A stretch of 43,810 nucleotides of DNA from a virus (lineage: Duplodnaviria; Heunggongvirae; Uroviricota; Caudoviricetes). The notes under the pieces are model-generated. The model was not told the DNA's origin and searched no databases. It saw only the letters and a list, made by a program, of their open reading frames with translations. Shown here one piece after another: positions 25,574-34,465 of this stretch; the first letter of the stretch is position 1; the number at the start of each line of letters is the position of its first letter. Position numbers and translations under genes: made by a program. The stretch is taken from the IMG/VR virus record IMGVR_UViG_3300028797_000113; one strand, 5' to 3'.

Positions 25574-25960
25574 TTACTCCGCGCACCCTTCTGCCGGAGC
25601 CATAAGCCCAACAGAAGTATCTGCCTCAGAATCTTCTTTCGACTCTTCGACAGGTGTTTCTTTCTCCTTTGAGAAAGAAGGTTTCTTGTCTTTTTTCTGG
25701 ATTTCTTTTATCTTCTCTTGAATATCATTTTTCAAACTGTCAAATTTAGAAGAATCTAACTGGCCAATCATTTCATTGGCTTCTTCTTTCGTAAGATTCC
25801 CTGCACAATAACTTGAAATAGTTTCAAAAACGGTCATACAAGTTTCATCGCAGAAATTGACGTGCCACTCGGGAAGTGGCCTAGGATTACGTTTATTGCA
25901 TTGGAGGCAGAAATAATACTGTGTGCCACACGCCATGCATTTACAATTAGGCTTTTGCAT
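25574..25960 (-). CDS. Cys-rich (Zn-finger) hypothetical protein with an acidic tail
   Basis: CMAC, CLQC and CDETC cysteine clusters; RBS GAAAGGAG. Confidence 0.6.
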   Translation of the reverse strand: MQKPNCKCMACGTQYYFCLQCNKRNPRPLPEWHVNFCDETCMTVFETISSYCAGNLTKEEANEMIGQLDSSKFDSLKNDIQEKIKEIQKKDKKPSFSKEKETPVEESKEDSEADTSVGLMAPAEGCAE

Positions 25961-25986
25961 TTATTTGCTTCTCCTTTCAATCAATA

Positions 25987-26010
25987 AAGAGGGGCCGTTA
26001 AGCCCCTCTT
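25987..26010 (-). terminator. Hairpin after the major tail gene (AAGAGGGGC-TTAACG-GCCCCTCTT)
   Basis: Perfect 9-bp stem 10 nt after the stop codon, followed by TATT. Confidence 0.65.
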
Positions 26011-26020
26011 ATAATTAATC

Positions 26021-26818
26021 TTACGATTCAGCAACTTCAGGAATGATAATCTGATAGAGAATCTTCTGGTTATCGCAGTAAGACTGCTGACACTGAATTG
26101 TGAAAGGATGGTTACCGTCTGTCGTAAAGCTAAGGTCTACGTTAGCATCGAGTTTTGCGTTAGGGAATACAAGGTATGCGTGAATAAGAGTTGTGGGATC
26201 ACAAACGTCTGCACCAAGGATTTCCATAACGAACTTACCAGCCTTAGGGAAGTTAACAGCGTCACCTGTAACTGCTGTACCAGCCTCAAGGTCATAATCA
26301 TACATAACGAAGATTCTGTCGCCTGCCTGTAATGAGGTAGGAGGAGTAATCTTTACGTTAGTTGAATCATAGAAGAACTCGTCTTCGTCAGCAGCAGTTG
26401 AACTTCTGCCGTATGCAGTACCAAGAGTACCATCACCATTCATCTTGTAAACAGTTGAAGGTGCTGTCTTAGGTGTCCGAGATAATGAGTAAGCAGTTGT
26501 ACCACTTACAAGTGTAATCTCGTCGAACATAGGTGTTGAGATAGGAGCAGCCTGAGTTGCTTCCTGAACTTCTACACCGTTCTGTGCTGCGAACAAACCA
26601 AGGTCAAAGAGAGAGTTCTGTGCAGAGAACTCAGCAGATTTACCTCTGTTGAAAACAGCGATTCTTGAGCCAAGTGCATCAACTGCTTCTGCTGTTTCAG
26701 AAGTGATGTTTAATGAAGGCTCTGTAATCTGGTTGATGGACCACATATATGAACCATCAGCAGTAGAAAACATCATACCACGAAGAACGCGGTCAATAAC
26801 AAAGTTATTAATTTTCAT
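26021..26818 (-). CDS. Major tail (tube) protein
   Basis: Beta-rich; ITEPSLNITSETAEAVDALG...FNRGKSAEFSAQNSLFD and YLVFPNAKL...FTIQ are typical siphophage tube patterns. Strongly biased codons and a downstream hairpin. Confidence 0.82.
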   Translation of the reverse strand: MKINNFVIDRVLRGMMFSTADGSYMWSINQITEPSLNITSETAEAVDALGSRIAVFNRGKSAEFSAQNSLFDLGLFAAQNGVEVQEATQAAPISTPMFDEITLVSGTTAYSLSRTPKTAPSTVYKMNGDGTLGTAYGRSSTAADEDEFFYDSTNVKITPPTSLQAGDRIFVMYDYDLEAGTAVTGDAVNFPKAGKFVMEILGADVCDPTTLIHAYLVFPNAKLDANVDLSFTTDGNHPFTIQCQQSYCDNQKILYQIIIPEVAES

Positions 26819-26867
26819 CTGGTTTTTCTCCTTTATAGATTTTTTAATAACGAGCCTATTGGCTCAA

Positions 26868-27605
26868 CTAACTTCGCCTCATCCAGTCGAAGTTTTTCTT
26901 ATCAATTTTACTCGTATCACAGAAACCACTATAACTTCCTTGCAGAAGCGATGTGGAACTAATATAAATATTAGCGCCTTTTACGGTATCCATAAACTCG
27001 TATAATGTGCATTCCTTTAACTCACTCGATTTATACACGAAACCCGGATATCTCATCATCGCAGAGATGAGAGGTATCAACTGACTTCCTTGCTTTGATG
27101 CATCTTTCATAGCCTTCGCCTTGTCGTCCCTATCAACCATAATCAACACGTTTTTAGTGTCTTTGTTTTTGGCTCGCTTAATCTTGGGTTCAATGCCGTG
27201 AATCTTGCGCAGATAGTTGACAATTTTGTGATAGGCTAATTTGTCGATGGTCTGACCAGTTTGTTCATTCCGCAAACACACTTCGTTATTCTCGGGATTA
27301 ACTTGCACTTCCATATCTTCCAAACTTAAATCTGTAAAGATTAGTTTCAAGTCTTCTTTGTTTAACTTGCGCGTAAGCATTATGAACAAATCAAAGTCAT
27401 CCAAAGTTTCCCAGTCAATTTTCATATCCCATAGCGTACTAATCATATCGCTGGGAATACAAGTTAAATAGTGAACCGCAGAGAAATATCTGTCTTCCCC
27501 GAACTCTATGATGTCTCCAACGGTGGGAGACACCATAGTAATTCCTTCATTCACTTGATACTCATATCCCGCAAAGTACATCTGGAGTTCGTTAAGTTCG
27601 AACAT
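26868..27605 (-). CDS. Conserved tail-module protein (possible tail assembly chaperone)
   Basis: Intact 245-aa ORF between the neck and tube genes; function inferred from position. Confidence 0.45.
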   Translation of the reverse strand: MFELNELQMYFAGYEYQVNEGITMVSPTVGDIIEFGEDRYFSAVHYLTCIPSDMISTLWDMKIDWETLDDFDLFIMLTRKLNKEDLKLIFTDLSLEDMEVQVNPENNEVCLRNEQTGQTIDKLAYHKIVNYLRKIHGIEPKIKRAKNKDTKNVLIMVDRDDKAKAMKDASKQGSQLIPLISAMMRYPGFVYKSSELKECTLYEFMDTVKGANIYISSTSLLQGSYSGFCDTSKIDKKNFDWMRRS

Positions 27606-28158
27606 CGTTATTAATTACCTTCGTTGATTGTTCAGTACGCAAAATGTTCAACGGTGTTTGACTTTGGAATATCAGAGTTCTGCACGCGTATGAGTTATCC
27701 GAAACGGATGTCTTATCCGATACGCATACAATTTGGGTTCCGAAATAATTGCTCCAGTTAAACTGGTCGAGGATAAGGGATGCTATCAAATCATGTCTTG
27801 CCAAACCAGTAGATTCCTCTACTATGTTCTTCTGCTCGCACAGAATGGTAAACACAATTTGATTATATTTTATTACTTCATTGACTCTGCTCACTCTTTC
27901 AAAATTTGTTTCATAACACACATAGTTCTGAACATTCGTCTGAGTGGGATAAATGATGTAATACGGCAGAATATTCACGTAATAATATTCATCAGGTTCC
28001 GCGTCTGCATCTTCCAACTCTTTATTATTTAACACGTGAATGAGAATTTTGTTGCCAAGCAATAATTCTTTAATTTTTTCTTTGATACGAATGTCCTCGT
28101 TATCAATATTGTCCCTCCAAGCAAGGAGTTTCTGTTCGTCCTGTTCAGTCCATTCCAT
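27592..28158 (-). CDS. Putative tail terminator / neck protein
   Basis: Position after head closure; IVFTILC...RHDLIASLILDQFN pattern; RBS AGGAGGAG. Confidence 0.5.
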   Translation of the reverse strand: MEWTEQDEQKLLAWRDNIDNEDIRIKEKIKELLLGNKILIHVLNNKELEDADAEPDEYYYVNILPYYIIYPTQTNVQNYVCYETNFERVSRVNEVIKYNQIVFTILCEQKNIVEESTGLARHDLIASLILDQFNWSNYFGTQIVCVSDKTSVSDNSYACRTLIFQSQTPLNILRTEQSTKVINNDVRT

Positions 28159-28169
28159 AATACTCCTCC

Positions 28170-29396
28170 TTAAAGTGATTTAATATCTAACTCTACACTC
28201 GATTCGACAATGTCTCCGTATATTGAAGCGGTGTTGGTTACAATAATAACCTTGCCTATATTTGAAGCATCGCCGATGAATTTAATTTTAATTTGCTGGT
28301 TCGTTAATCCTTCTGTTGACACTACAAGATATTCGCTATAATCGGGCAGCGGTGTTACCACGCCATTATCCCGGATAGCAAACGTCCACGTGCTTGAAGC
28401 AAAAGGCATTTCCTCTCCATTTTGATAGAACTTGGCCGTGAGTTTTTTGTAAGAACCATTGATTTTTACTTCGGGGGCTACGCCCGCATACAGAATTTCT
28501 GAATGAAGTTCCATCGGTTCTTCTTTTTCTTCATAAGGCTCAGGCTCTAATTGATTCTCTACGTAATAATCTGCCCACATTCCGATAACATTTCCATTGT
28601 CATCCAACTCGATGAAATCTTTATGTGAGTCAAATCTGTCTTGCGCAAGAGTAATTTTGGTTAATCCGTTCGAATCAAGACGGTTGACCTTTGTGATGTG
28701 CCAAGTTCTAGGCTCGGTCAAAACTTTATTGTCTATAATCATTCTCTGGTTATAGTAAAGTTTTTCCGTTTCTCTCGTAAGAGGTAACAGGAACATCTGT
28801 TGGTCTTCGACTTTCTCGATATTGTATTTAATCCAGATACCAGAGTTATAAGAGTTCTGACTTCTCAAAACTCCACACATTTGATACTTGACATTCCGAT
28901 AAATCCATTGAAATACCTTGTCGCATCTCAGCACTTCGTATGTCGAGAATTGCGGATCATTATAGTTTGCCGTATCAACAATAAGCCATTTATTATACAC
29001 ACCGTGATTATCAGGTATAAGAATATACAACCCGGTCGGAAAAGATGCATCGTATCTATCCTGAAATAATTCTTCATAATAAGGCACGAGTTCCGTCTTC
29101 CCGTCTTCACTGGGCTTAAACTGAATATGGTATGTAATATTATCCTTGGCGTATGTCTGCGAACTATAAACCAGATACTTCACGTCTACGGGTACTTGCG
29201 TTGTTTCATCGGGTGTCAGGTCATTCATCTTGAGAGGTTCTGGGTCGTGATAATAATCGAACAGATAACAACGCTTTGTGGCCAAATCATTATACCAACT
29301 GGCTTCTGTAATTTGGTCGGCAATTGTTTTTCTCGCTTGTCCGTTATACTCTCCGTCCTTACGCATTCTCTCAAGATACTTGTCTAAAGAAGGCAT
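28170..29396 (-). CDS. Putative head closure (stopper) protein with an Ig-like C-terminal domain
   Basis: Beta-rich GLYILIP...KWLIVD...YEVLRCD...YYNQRMII...WHITKV core; position in the neck cluster; RBS AGGAGG. Confidence 0.5.
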   Translation of the reverse strand: MPSLDKYLERMRKDGEYNGQARKTIADQITEASWYNDLATKRCYLFDYYHDPEPLKMNDLTPDETTQVPVDVKYLVYSSQTYAKDNITYHIQFKPSEDGKTELVPYYEELFQDRYDASFPTGLYILIPDNHGVYNKWLIVDTANYNDPQFSTYEVLRCDKVFQWIYRNVKYQMCGVLRSQNSYNSGIWIKYNIEKVEDQQMFLLPLTRETEKLYYNQRMIIDNKVLTEPRTWHITKVNRLDSNGLTKITLAQDRFDSHKDFIELDDNGNVIGMWADYYVENQLEPEPYEEKEEPMELHSEILYAGVAPEVKINGSYKKLTAKFYQNGEEMPFASSTWTFAIRDNGVVTPLPDYSEYLVVSTEGLTNQQIKIKFIGDASNIGKVIIVTNTASIYGDIVESSVELDIKSL

Positions 29397-29399
29397 AGT

Positions 29400-29732
29400 C
29401 TACACCTCCTTTATCTTTTGCACTGCGGCGCCCGCATCCAATACAAGTTTTCTGTATTTTTCAAAATCAAATTCGGGCATATATAATTCCCCTCTTGCCG
29501 ACTCCAAGATGCTGAGTATCTCAACGATTTCGGCCGGATATGAGAGCAAACTGTTAAACCCATTGATTTTTACCATTAAGTTATCAAACGCGCTTTTAAT
29601 ATCTACATCGGGATATTGACCTTTTGTGGCAGGGTCAGCCAATAGGAGCAGAAAAAATATCTGCTTTCTCATAGTCTCTTTTGTTTCTCTGATTTGATTT
29701 GTATTAAATGAACCATATTTCTGCTTAACCAT
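29400..29732 (-). CDS. Hypothetical protein (neck cluster)
   Basis: 110-aa helical ORF with RBS GGGAGG, tightly coupled to its neighbours. Confidence 0.5.
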   Translation of the reverse strand: MVKQKYGSFNTNQIRETKETMRKQIFFLLLLADPATKGQYPDVDIKSAFDNLMVKINGFNSLLSYPAEIVEILSILESARGELYMPEFDFEKYRKLVLDAGAAVQKIKEV

Positions 29733-30195
29733 TCTGGCCTCCCAAGTAGGGATTATAGATATATCCCCTGTCGCGAATCAAATCTCTTTGTTTCTTGACA
29801 GTGGAATCATACACCGATTGAACGGTTGCCAGTTGCTGAGCTTGTGAATAAAACTTTGATTCCTTAGAACTGGTAATCATCTGTTGCTGAAGGAGTTTTG
29901 AGTTGAGCATAGGCTCAGTCCACTCAATTAACATTCCTAAAGCAAGCATTTCGATTACAAAATCATTGTCCTGACTGTCGTCGGTCCTTTGATTTAATTC
30001 ATAAGTCATTTCCGCTAACTCATCATCAAGAGAAACAGAAGAAAATAACCTTCTGCAATACGGCTTTGAGAGAGCAGAGTGTAAATACTCTGCAAGTTGT
30101 TCTTCGGCATCTTCTCTGGACACGCGAAGAAAATCATAATCAGTGATTTTTCTCAAAAGAGAACTATTAATTTGCTCATAAAGCAGAGATGCCAT
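29725..30195 (-). CDS. Putative head-tail adaptor
   Basis: Helical, second gene after the capsid gene. Start moved to MASLL (30195) using the RBS GGAGG. Confidence 0.5.
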   Translation of the reverse strand: MASLLYEQINSSLLRKITDYDFLRVSREDAEEQLAEYLHSALSKPYCRRLFSSVSLDDELAEMTYELNQRTDDSQDNDFVIEMLALGMLIEWTEPMLNSKLLQQQMITSSKESKFYSQAQQLATVQSVYDSTVKKQRDLIRDRGYIYNPYLGGQNG

Positions 30196-30214
30196 ATTCA
30201 ACACCTCCGTTCAT

Positions 30215-30880
30215 TTAATTACTTGCTAACTTAAGAAGATTGTTTGTTCCGAAGATTTCATCAAGTGTCTTGATTTTCTTAACACTGTCAAGAGTGCCTT
30301 CATCAATCTGTGTAGCAATAATTCCTTTAATACACTCCTTGCAACCCTTAGGAAGTTTTGCAATTTCTTCAGTCATCTGGTTGTCGGGAAGATTAAGAAT
30401 CGCTTCAAAGTCTCCACCTTCCTGATAGAACTTACTGTAAAACTCTTCGAGTTTAGGGAACTCTTCAACAAAATCGGCATCAACAACAATGAAACGAGGA
30501 TAATACAGATAATTGTTAGGGTTAGCACTTTGTGCTTCTCTCTTCAAATCTTCATATGCCACGTATTCGATTACGCCTTGGTCTTCCCAACGGTAGTTAG
30601 TACCGCTGTTACCCATGTACGAGAGTCCGCCACTCGTCACTGACTTGCAAGGAATCATGTCTTTATCGGAAAACTTTGAAGCAGGCTTCTGGAATGTTTT
30701 TGCCGTGGCCTGCTTCTTCGGTTCTACTTTAACTTCTTCCTTTGCCTCTTCAACCGCATCTTCTTTCTTAGGCTCAGCCTTAGGCTTGGGTGCGGCCTTT
30801 TTAGTAGGCTTAGGTTCGCTCTTTACTTCTTCGCGAATTTCTGCAAACAAATCGTCTTCTGTCTTTTTTGCTTTTGCCAT
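30215..30880 (-). CDS. Hypothetical protein with a Lys/Glu/Pro/Ala-rich N-terminus
   Basis: Directly after the capsid gene; RBS AAAGGAG; low-complexity N-third and globular C-terminal part. Confidence 0.55.
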   Translation of the reverse strand: MAKAKKTEDDLFAEIREEVKSEPKPTKKAAPKPKAEPKKEDAVEEAKEEVKVEPKKQATAKTFQKPASKFSDKDMIPCKSVTSGGLSYMGNSGTNYRWEDQGVIEYVAYEDLKREAQSANPNNYLYYPRFIVVDADFVEEFPKLEEFYSKFYQEGGDFEAILNLPDNQMTEEIAKLPKGCKECIKGIIATQIDEGTLDSVKKIKTLDEIFGTNNLLKLASN

Positions 30881-30902
30881 TTCCTTTTTCTCCTTTACTT
30901 AA

Positions 30903-31988
30903 TTACGAAATTGTCCATACACCAAAGTATTTAGAAAGAAGTGTACCTACACCAATCTTTCTCTGTACTTCGTAAGACTGCATATCGTTGAGTGTTGCAC
31001 CGATTTCATTAACTTCGAGAATTGTCTCGCCACCGTTAATGTACTTGATGAACTTGTTGTCTTCGCCGAGAGGCATAATGAATAACTTAGTGTTATCAAT
31101 AAGTCCGCCAGTTGCAGCAGAGAGGTCTGTGAGATAGTATCTCTGAGGCATCTCAAGAAGGTCTGTGCCTTCATAGTCACCAAGAATACCAGTGTGAGCG
31201 ATAGCCTCTTTCTGTGAAGGAGCCATCCAGTTAACTGCGGTGTTGTTATTAACAAGACCATTGATTTTCTTAAGAGCAGTCTTTGTACCCATAATAACTA
31301 CGGGAACATTGCCATTAAGTGATTCAACGAGTTCGATAATGTGATCGAATTTATCCTTGTTAGCAGCGTTAAGAGTACCTGTCTCCATAAGAGCAGCGGG
31401 CATAGACATTGTTGTTGCACCATTGATGAATTTTGTATAAATCATTTCAATGATGAGGTTAGCAAATGCCTTAACTGTTGCATCAATAAATGCAGACCAG
31501 TCTTTTCTTCCAGTAAGGAAGAGTCTGATGTCCTGACCAACCTTAATTCCATAGTATGCTGTAGGAACTGTGTAAGGTTCTCCGGGAGCAAGTTTCTGCA
31601 TAATGAGGTCGTGATGAGAACCGGAAACTTTCTCAATCTGAAGGTATGTCTCTTTCTCTACCCAGAACTCATTCTTATCGCCGTCAGCAAGGTTGATTTC
31701 CTCAACGTATTTGTTGAAGATGTCAATGCCTTCAAGGCCCTGAGTAACTTTAACTTCGATAATCTCTTCGATAATTGCGAAGAACTCTCTTGCGCCTTCG
31801 CTCTTAAGAGCGCGCTTGATTTCCTTATCTGTGGACTTCTCATTAAGACCAGTGTACTGGAAGCAGAGTTCTCTGATTTTCTTATTAACTTCGTCTTTAG
31901 TCATGACACGATTATTCTCTGTGTCGAAAATTTCAATACCATTAGCGGCATCAAATAAAAGATTTTTTACTGCTACGTCAATTGCCAT
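30903..31988 (-). CDS. Major capsid protein (HK97-like fold expected)
   Basis: 361 aa after the protease and decoration genes; FAIIEEIIE..V..G, YVEEINLADGDKNEF, YGIKVGQDIRLFLTGRKDW; strong RBS GAAAGGAGG and biased codons. Confidence 0.85.
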   Translation of the reverse strand: MAIDVAVKNLLFDAANGIEIFDTENNRVMTKDEVNKKIRELCFQYTGLNEKSTDKEIKRALKSEGAREFFAIIEEIIEVKVTQGLEGIDIFNKYVEEINLADGDKNEFWVEKETYLQIEKVSGSHHDLIMQKLAPGEPYTVPTAYYGIKVGQDIRLFLTGRKDWSAFIDATVKAFANLIIEMIYTKFINGATTMSMPAALMETGTLNAANKDKFDHIIELVESLNGNVPVVIMGTKTALKKINGLVNNNTAVNWMAPSQKEAIAHTGILGDYEGTDLLEMPQRYYLTDLSAATGGLIDNTKLFIMPLGEDNKFIKYINGGETILEVNEIGATLNDMQSYEVQRKIGVGTLLSKYFGVWTIS

Positions 31989-32011
31989 TATTCTTTACCT
32001 CCTTTCCTCGA

Positions 32012-32488
32012 TTATGCAATCACTAACTTCTTGTTAGCAACGGTTGTAATTGCTACGTTAGCGTTAAGGTTATTGAGGTTGCCTTCGAAGCCTAATGCAG
32101 ATACTTCGAAAATGTCGCCTGCATAAAGCTGATGTGCTCTTGCAACGTCACCTGCTTCAAGGAAGAATCTCTTCTCGCCGGAAAGGCTAAGGGGCTCTTC
32201 AACTTCGTTAATAGGTACGTTATAAACTAAGAGTGCGTCAAAGCCGAGGTCTTCCAGAACTTCAACATACCAGTTACCGTCTGCTGCCTGACCTCTAACG
32301 ATACCGTTAAAGGAATTTGCATTTGCTTCGTCATAATTGTCGAAGGTATTGTATGCACCTCTCTTAATAATGTTTCCATTATCAGCAGCGGAGGAGAGGG
32401 TTACATTGTAGATGTGTCCACCGTAGTTAGTTGAAAGCAACTTTGATACGTTGGCGTCAGCGTGATTGTTTGTGAAATCAACTGCCAT
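32012..32488 (-). CDS. Capsid decoration/cement protein
   Basis: 158 aa between the protease and capsid genes; NGNII..G and GDIFEVSALGF motifs; RBS AGGAGG. Confidence 0.6.
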   Translation of the reverse strand: MAVDFTNNHADANVSKLLSTNYGGHIYNVTLSSAADNGNIIKRGAYNTFDNYDEANANSFNGIVRGQAADGNWYVEVLEDLGFDALLVYNVPINEVEEPLSLSGEKRFFLEAGDVARAHQLYAGDIFEVSALGFEGNLNNLNANVAITTVANKKLVIA

Positions 32489-32518
32489 TTGTTTTTCCTC
32501 CTGTAAAAAAATTATTTT

Positions 32519-32540
32519 AAAAAAAGAGCAACACGCTCTT
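32519..32540 (-). terminator. Intrinsic terminator after the protease/scaffold gene
   Basis: AAGAGC-GTGTT-GCTCTT followed by a T run, overlapping the stop codon. Confidence 0.55.
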
Positions 32541-34275
32541 AATTTTCTGATGTGTTTGCAAATAAGTTACCATATCTGCCAACGGGTTTCTTGTAAACTG
32601 AAATACCTTTGTAGTGTTCAGCCTGCGTCTCTTTCTCGGAAAGAAGACTAAAGTTACCATGTTTTGCATAGTTTAAAAGAATAGCATCGGCCTGAGTTCT
32701 TACTTCGTCAATGCTTAAGTCAAAGTGATTCTTCTGTTCCTTGAGAGCCTCATACTCTTTAGTTCCGAATATCTTGGAATACTCTTCTGATTCAAGAATT
32801 TCAATCTTATCCGGCTCTTCTTCGTATTTACGAAGTTTCTCTTTGGCTGCTTCGAACTCAACCTTCTGTGCTTCGATTTCGGCCTTCTGTTCTGCCGTTA
32901 CGAATATCTGGAAGACTTCTACTCTGTCTCCGACAAGAGTATAATTTTCTCCATCAAATTCATATTTCTGGCGATAATTGGAATTAGTTAACCAACCGTA
33001 CATCTGGATATATCCATCTTCTTCGAAGAGGTCAACATCCCACCAATCTTCGTCGCCATAAGTAGCATAAACAAGATTATAAATAGCGCTCATCTTTTCA
33101 GAAACACTTAATCCAAATTCTTTGGTTATGCCGTCGAAGTTAACAGTATAAGCAATTTTCTTTGACTCGGCTGTTTCGTCATCATCAATCTTGATGTCTG
33201 CGTCGCCTTCTCCTGTGGTTGTCTCAGTTGTACCGCCAGTGGTTGTGCCACCAGTGGTTGTACCGCCAGTCTCACTCGTGCCACCAGTCGTAGTGCCGCC
33301 AGTTTCTTCTGTACCACCAGTTTCCGATGTGCCACCAGTTTCACTCGTGCCACCAGTTTCTTCTGCACCGCCATTACCGTCGCCATTACCGTCGCCGTCT
33401 GTACTACCGTCTGTCAAGTCATAGTTCTGCTCAAGTTCCTGATCCTGAACCTGCTCAAATTCTTTCTTCTTCACTTCTTCTACCTCCTTTCCCAAAGAGT
33501 CGTTTATATTAAGGTCATTGAGAACCTTTTGAAGATTCGCAACCGCCTCAACCAATTTTGCACTCTGTTCAAATTGAACAGAATTATTTTGTTCGCTGAA
33601 ATCCACAATGTCTGCGCGAGCGCCTAACATACCCTCCTGAATTTCAGTGCCGTCTGCTTCACTTCCAAGAAGTGTAGAGCCGTTAACATAAAATTTTGTT
33701 AAGTCAAGATATTTCTCCTTAGCGTTATAAGACATTTCGTCAATGCATAATTCAACGCTGTTCTTTGTTCCGTTCTTGCGTTCTATGATTTCCGCAGCCT
33801 TAGTATAGTCTATAGGTATATAACCATAGCAACATATATAAGTTTTGTCCGCTTCTTCGTCATATTCTTTCCACGCGGGTTCGGAAGAGAATGAACCAAC
33901 TTGAGATTCTATGTAATGAATTTCTAAGTCTCCATTTTCGTTTTCAACATATTCCATTTCATGACCTTCGAAGTCCCACGTGCCATCATCGAGCTGATGA
34001 ATGGCCGCAAGGATAGGTCTTTCGGGGATAGTCTTCATCGCCTCGTCAGCAGCCTCTTCCGACACGAAACTTCCGTTTCGATTTAACAACGTATGGAACA
34101 GTTTGAATTTAAGTCTCATCAAACCTCTATGCGTATCGTCAGAATCCTCTGCTTCAAAAGTAGCGGGTACTTTGACCGCCAACTTATATCCCGTTGTGGA
34201 AGATGAAAAAGACTGGAGTTTGTTCTCTTGGCAGAATTTAACTAAATCCTCTAAAGTCAAGATAGTCTTTGTCAT
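32539..34275 (-). CDS. Prohead protease fused to a scaffold region
   Basis: N-terminal domain FHTLLNRNGSF...PILA...HEM...KNSVEL...FYVNGSTLLG...EGMLGA, then a G/T/D/E linker and an acidic coiled-coil C-terminus; lies between portal and capsid. Confidence 0.78.
   Translation of the reverse strand: MTKTILTLEDLVKFCQENKLQSFSSSTTGYKLAVKVPATFEAEDSDDTHRGLMRLKFKLFHTLLNRNGSFVSEEAADEAMKTIPERPILAAIHQLDDGTWDFEGHEMEYVENENGDLEIHYIESQVGSFSSEPAWKEYDEEADKTYICCYGYIPIDYTKAAEIIERKNGTKNSVELCIDEMSYNAKEKYLDLTKFYVNGSTLLGSEADGTEIQEGMLGARADIVDFSEQNNSVQFEQSAKLVEAVANLQKVLNDLNINDSLGKEVEEVKKKEFEQVQDQELEQNYDLTDGSTDGDGNGDGNGGAEETGGTSETGGTSETGGTEETGGTTTGGTSETGGTTTGGTTTGGTTETTTGEGDADIKIDDDETAESKKIAYTVNFDGITKEFGLSVSEKMSAIYNLVYATYGDEDWWDVDLFEEDGYIQMYGWLTNSNYRQKYEFDGENYTLVGDRVEVFQIFVTAEQKAEIEAQKVEFEAAKEKLRKYEEEPDKIEILESEEYSKIFGTKEYEALKEQKNHFDLSIDEVRTQADAILLNYAKHGNFSLLSEKETQAEHYKGISVYKKPVGRYGNLFANTSEN
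33205..33410 (-). repeat. Gly/Thr/Glu tandem repeats in the protease-scaffold linker
   Basis: DGDGNGDGNGGA EETGGT SETGGT SETGGT EETGGT TTGGT SETGGT TTGGT TTGGT TETTT. Confidence 0.9.
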
Positions 34276-34287
34276 TTTGTTCCTTTC

Positions 34288-34461
34288 CTATACACATAAA
34301 GTGTTTGTGTATATTACTTTATTTTTGTCAAAGTCTTTCGTCTTTGACGCCGAGTTGATGAATACAAAATATTTACCCTGCTTGGATAATTCCTGATAGC
34401 CACCATCTCTTAATTTTTGAGCAACTCCTTCGTCAGAAGTTTTTACAAAATATCCATTCAT
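34288..34461 (-). CDS. Small hypothetical protein (57 aa)
   Basis: Start moved to MNGYF (34461) using the RBS AAAAGGAG; the longer ORF-track version overlaps the upstream gene. Confidence 0.55.
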   Translation of the reverse strand: MNGYFVKTSDEGVAQKLRDGGYQELSKQGKYFVFINSASKTKDFDKNKVIYTNTLCV

Positions 34462-34465
34462 TCCT

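Noticed and set aside
26845-26870. Small GAGCC-TATT-GGCTC hairpin before the tail tube gene
   Set aside because: The 5-bp stem has no U-tract on the coding strand; too weak to call a terminator.
33205-33410. CRISPR-like array
   Set aside because: The repeats are in-frame coding tandem units without unique spacers.
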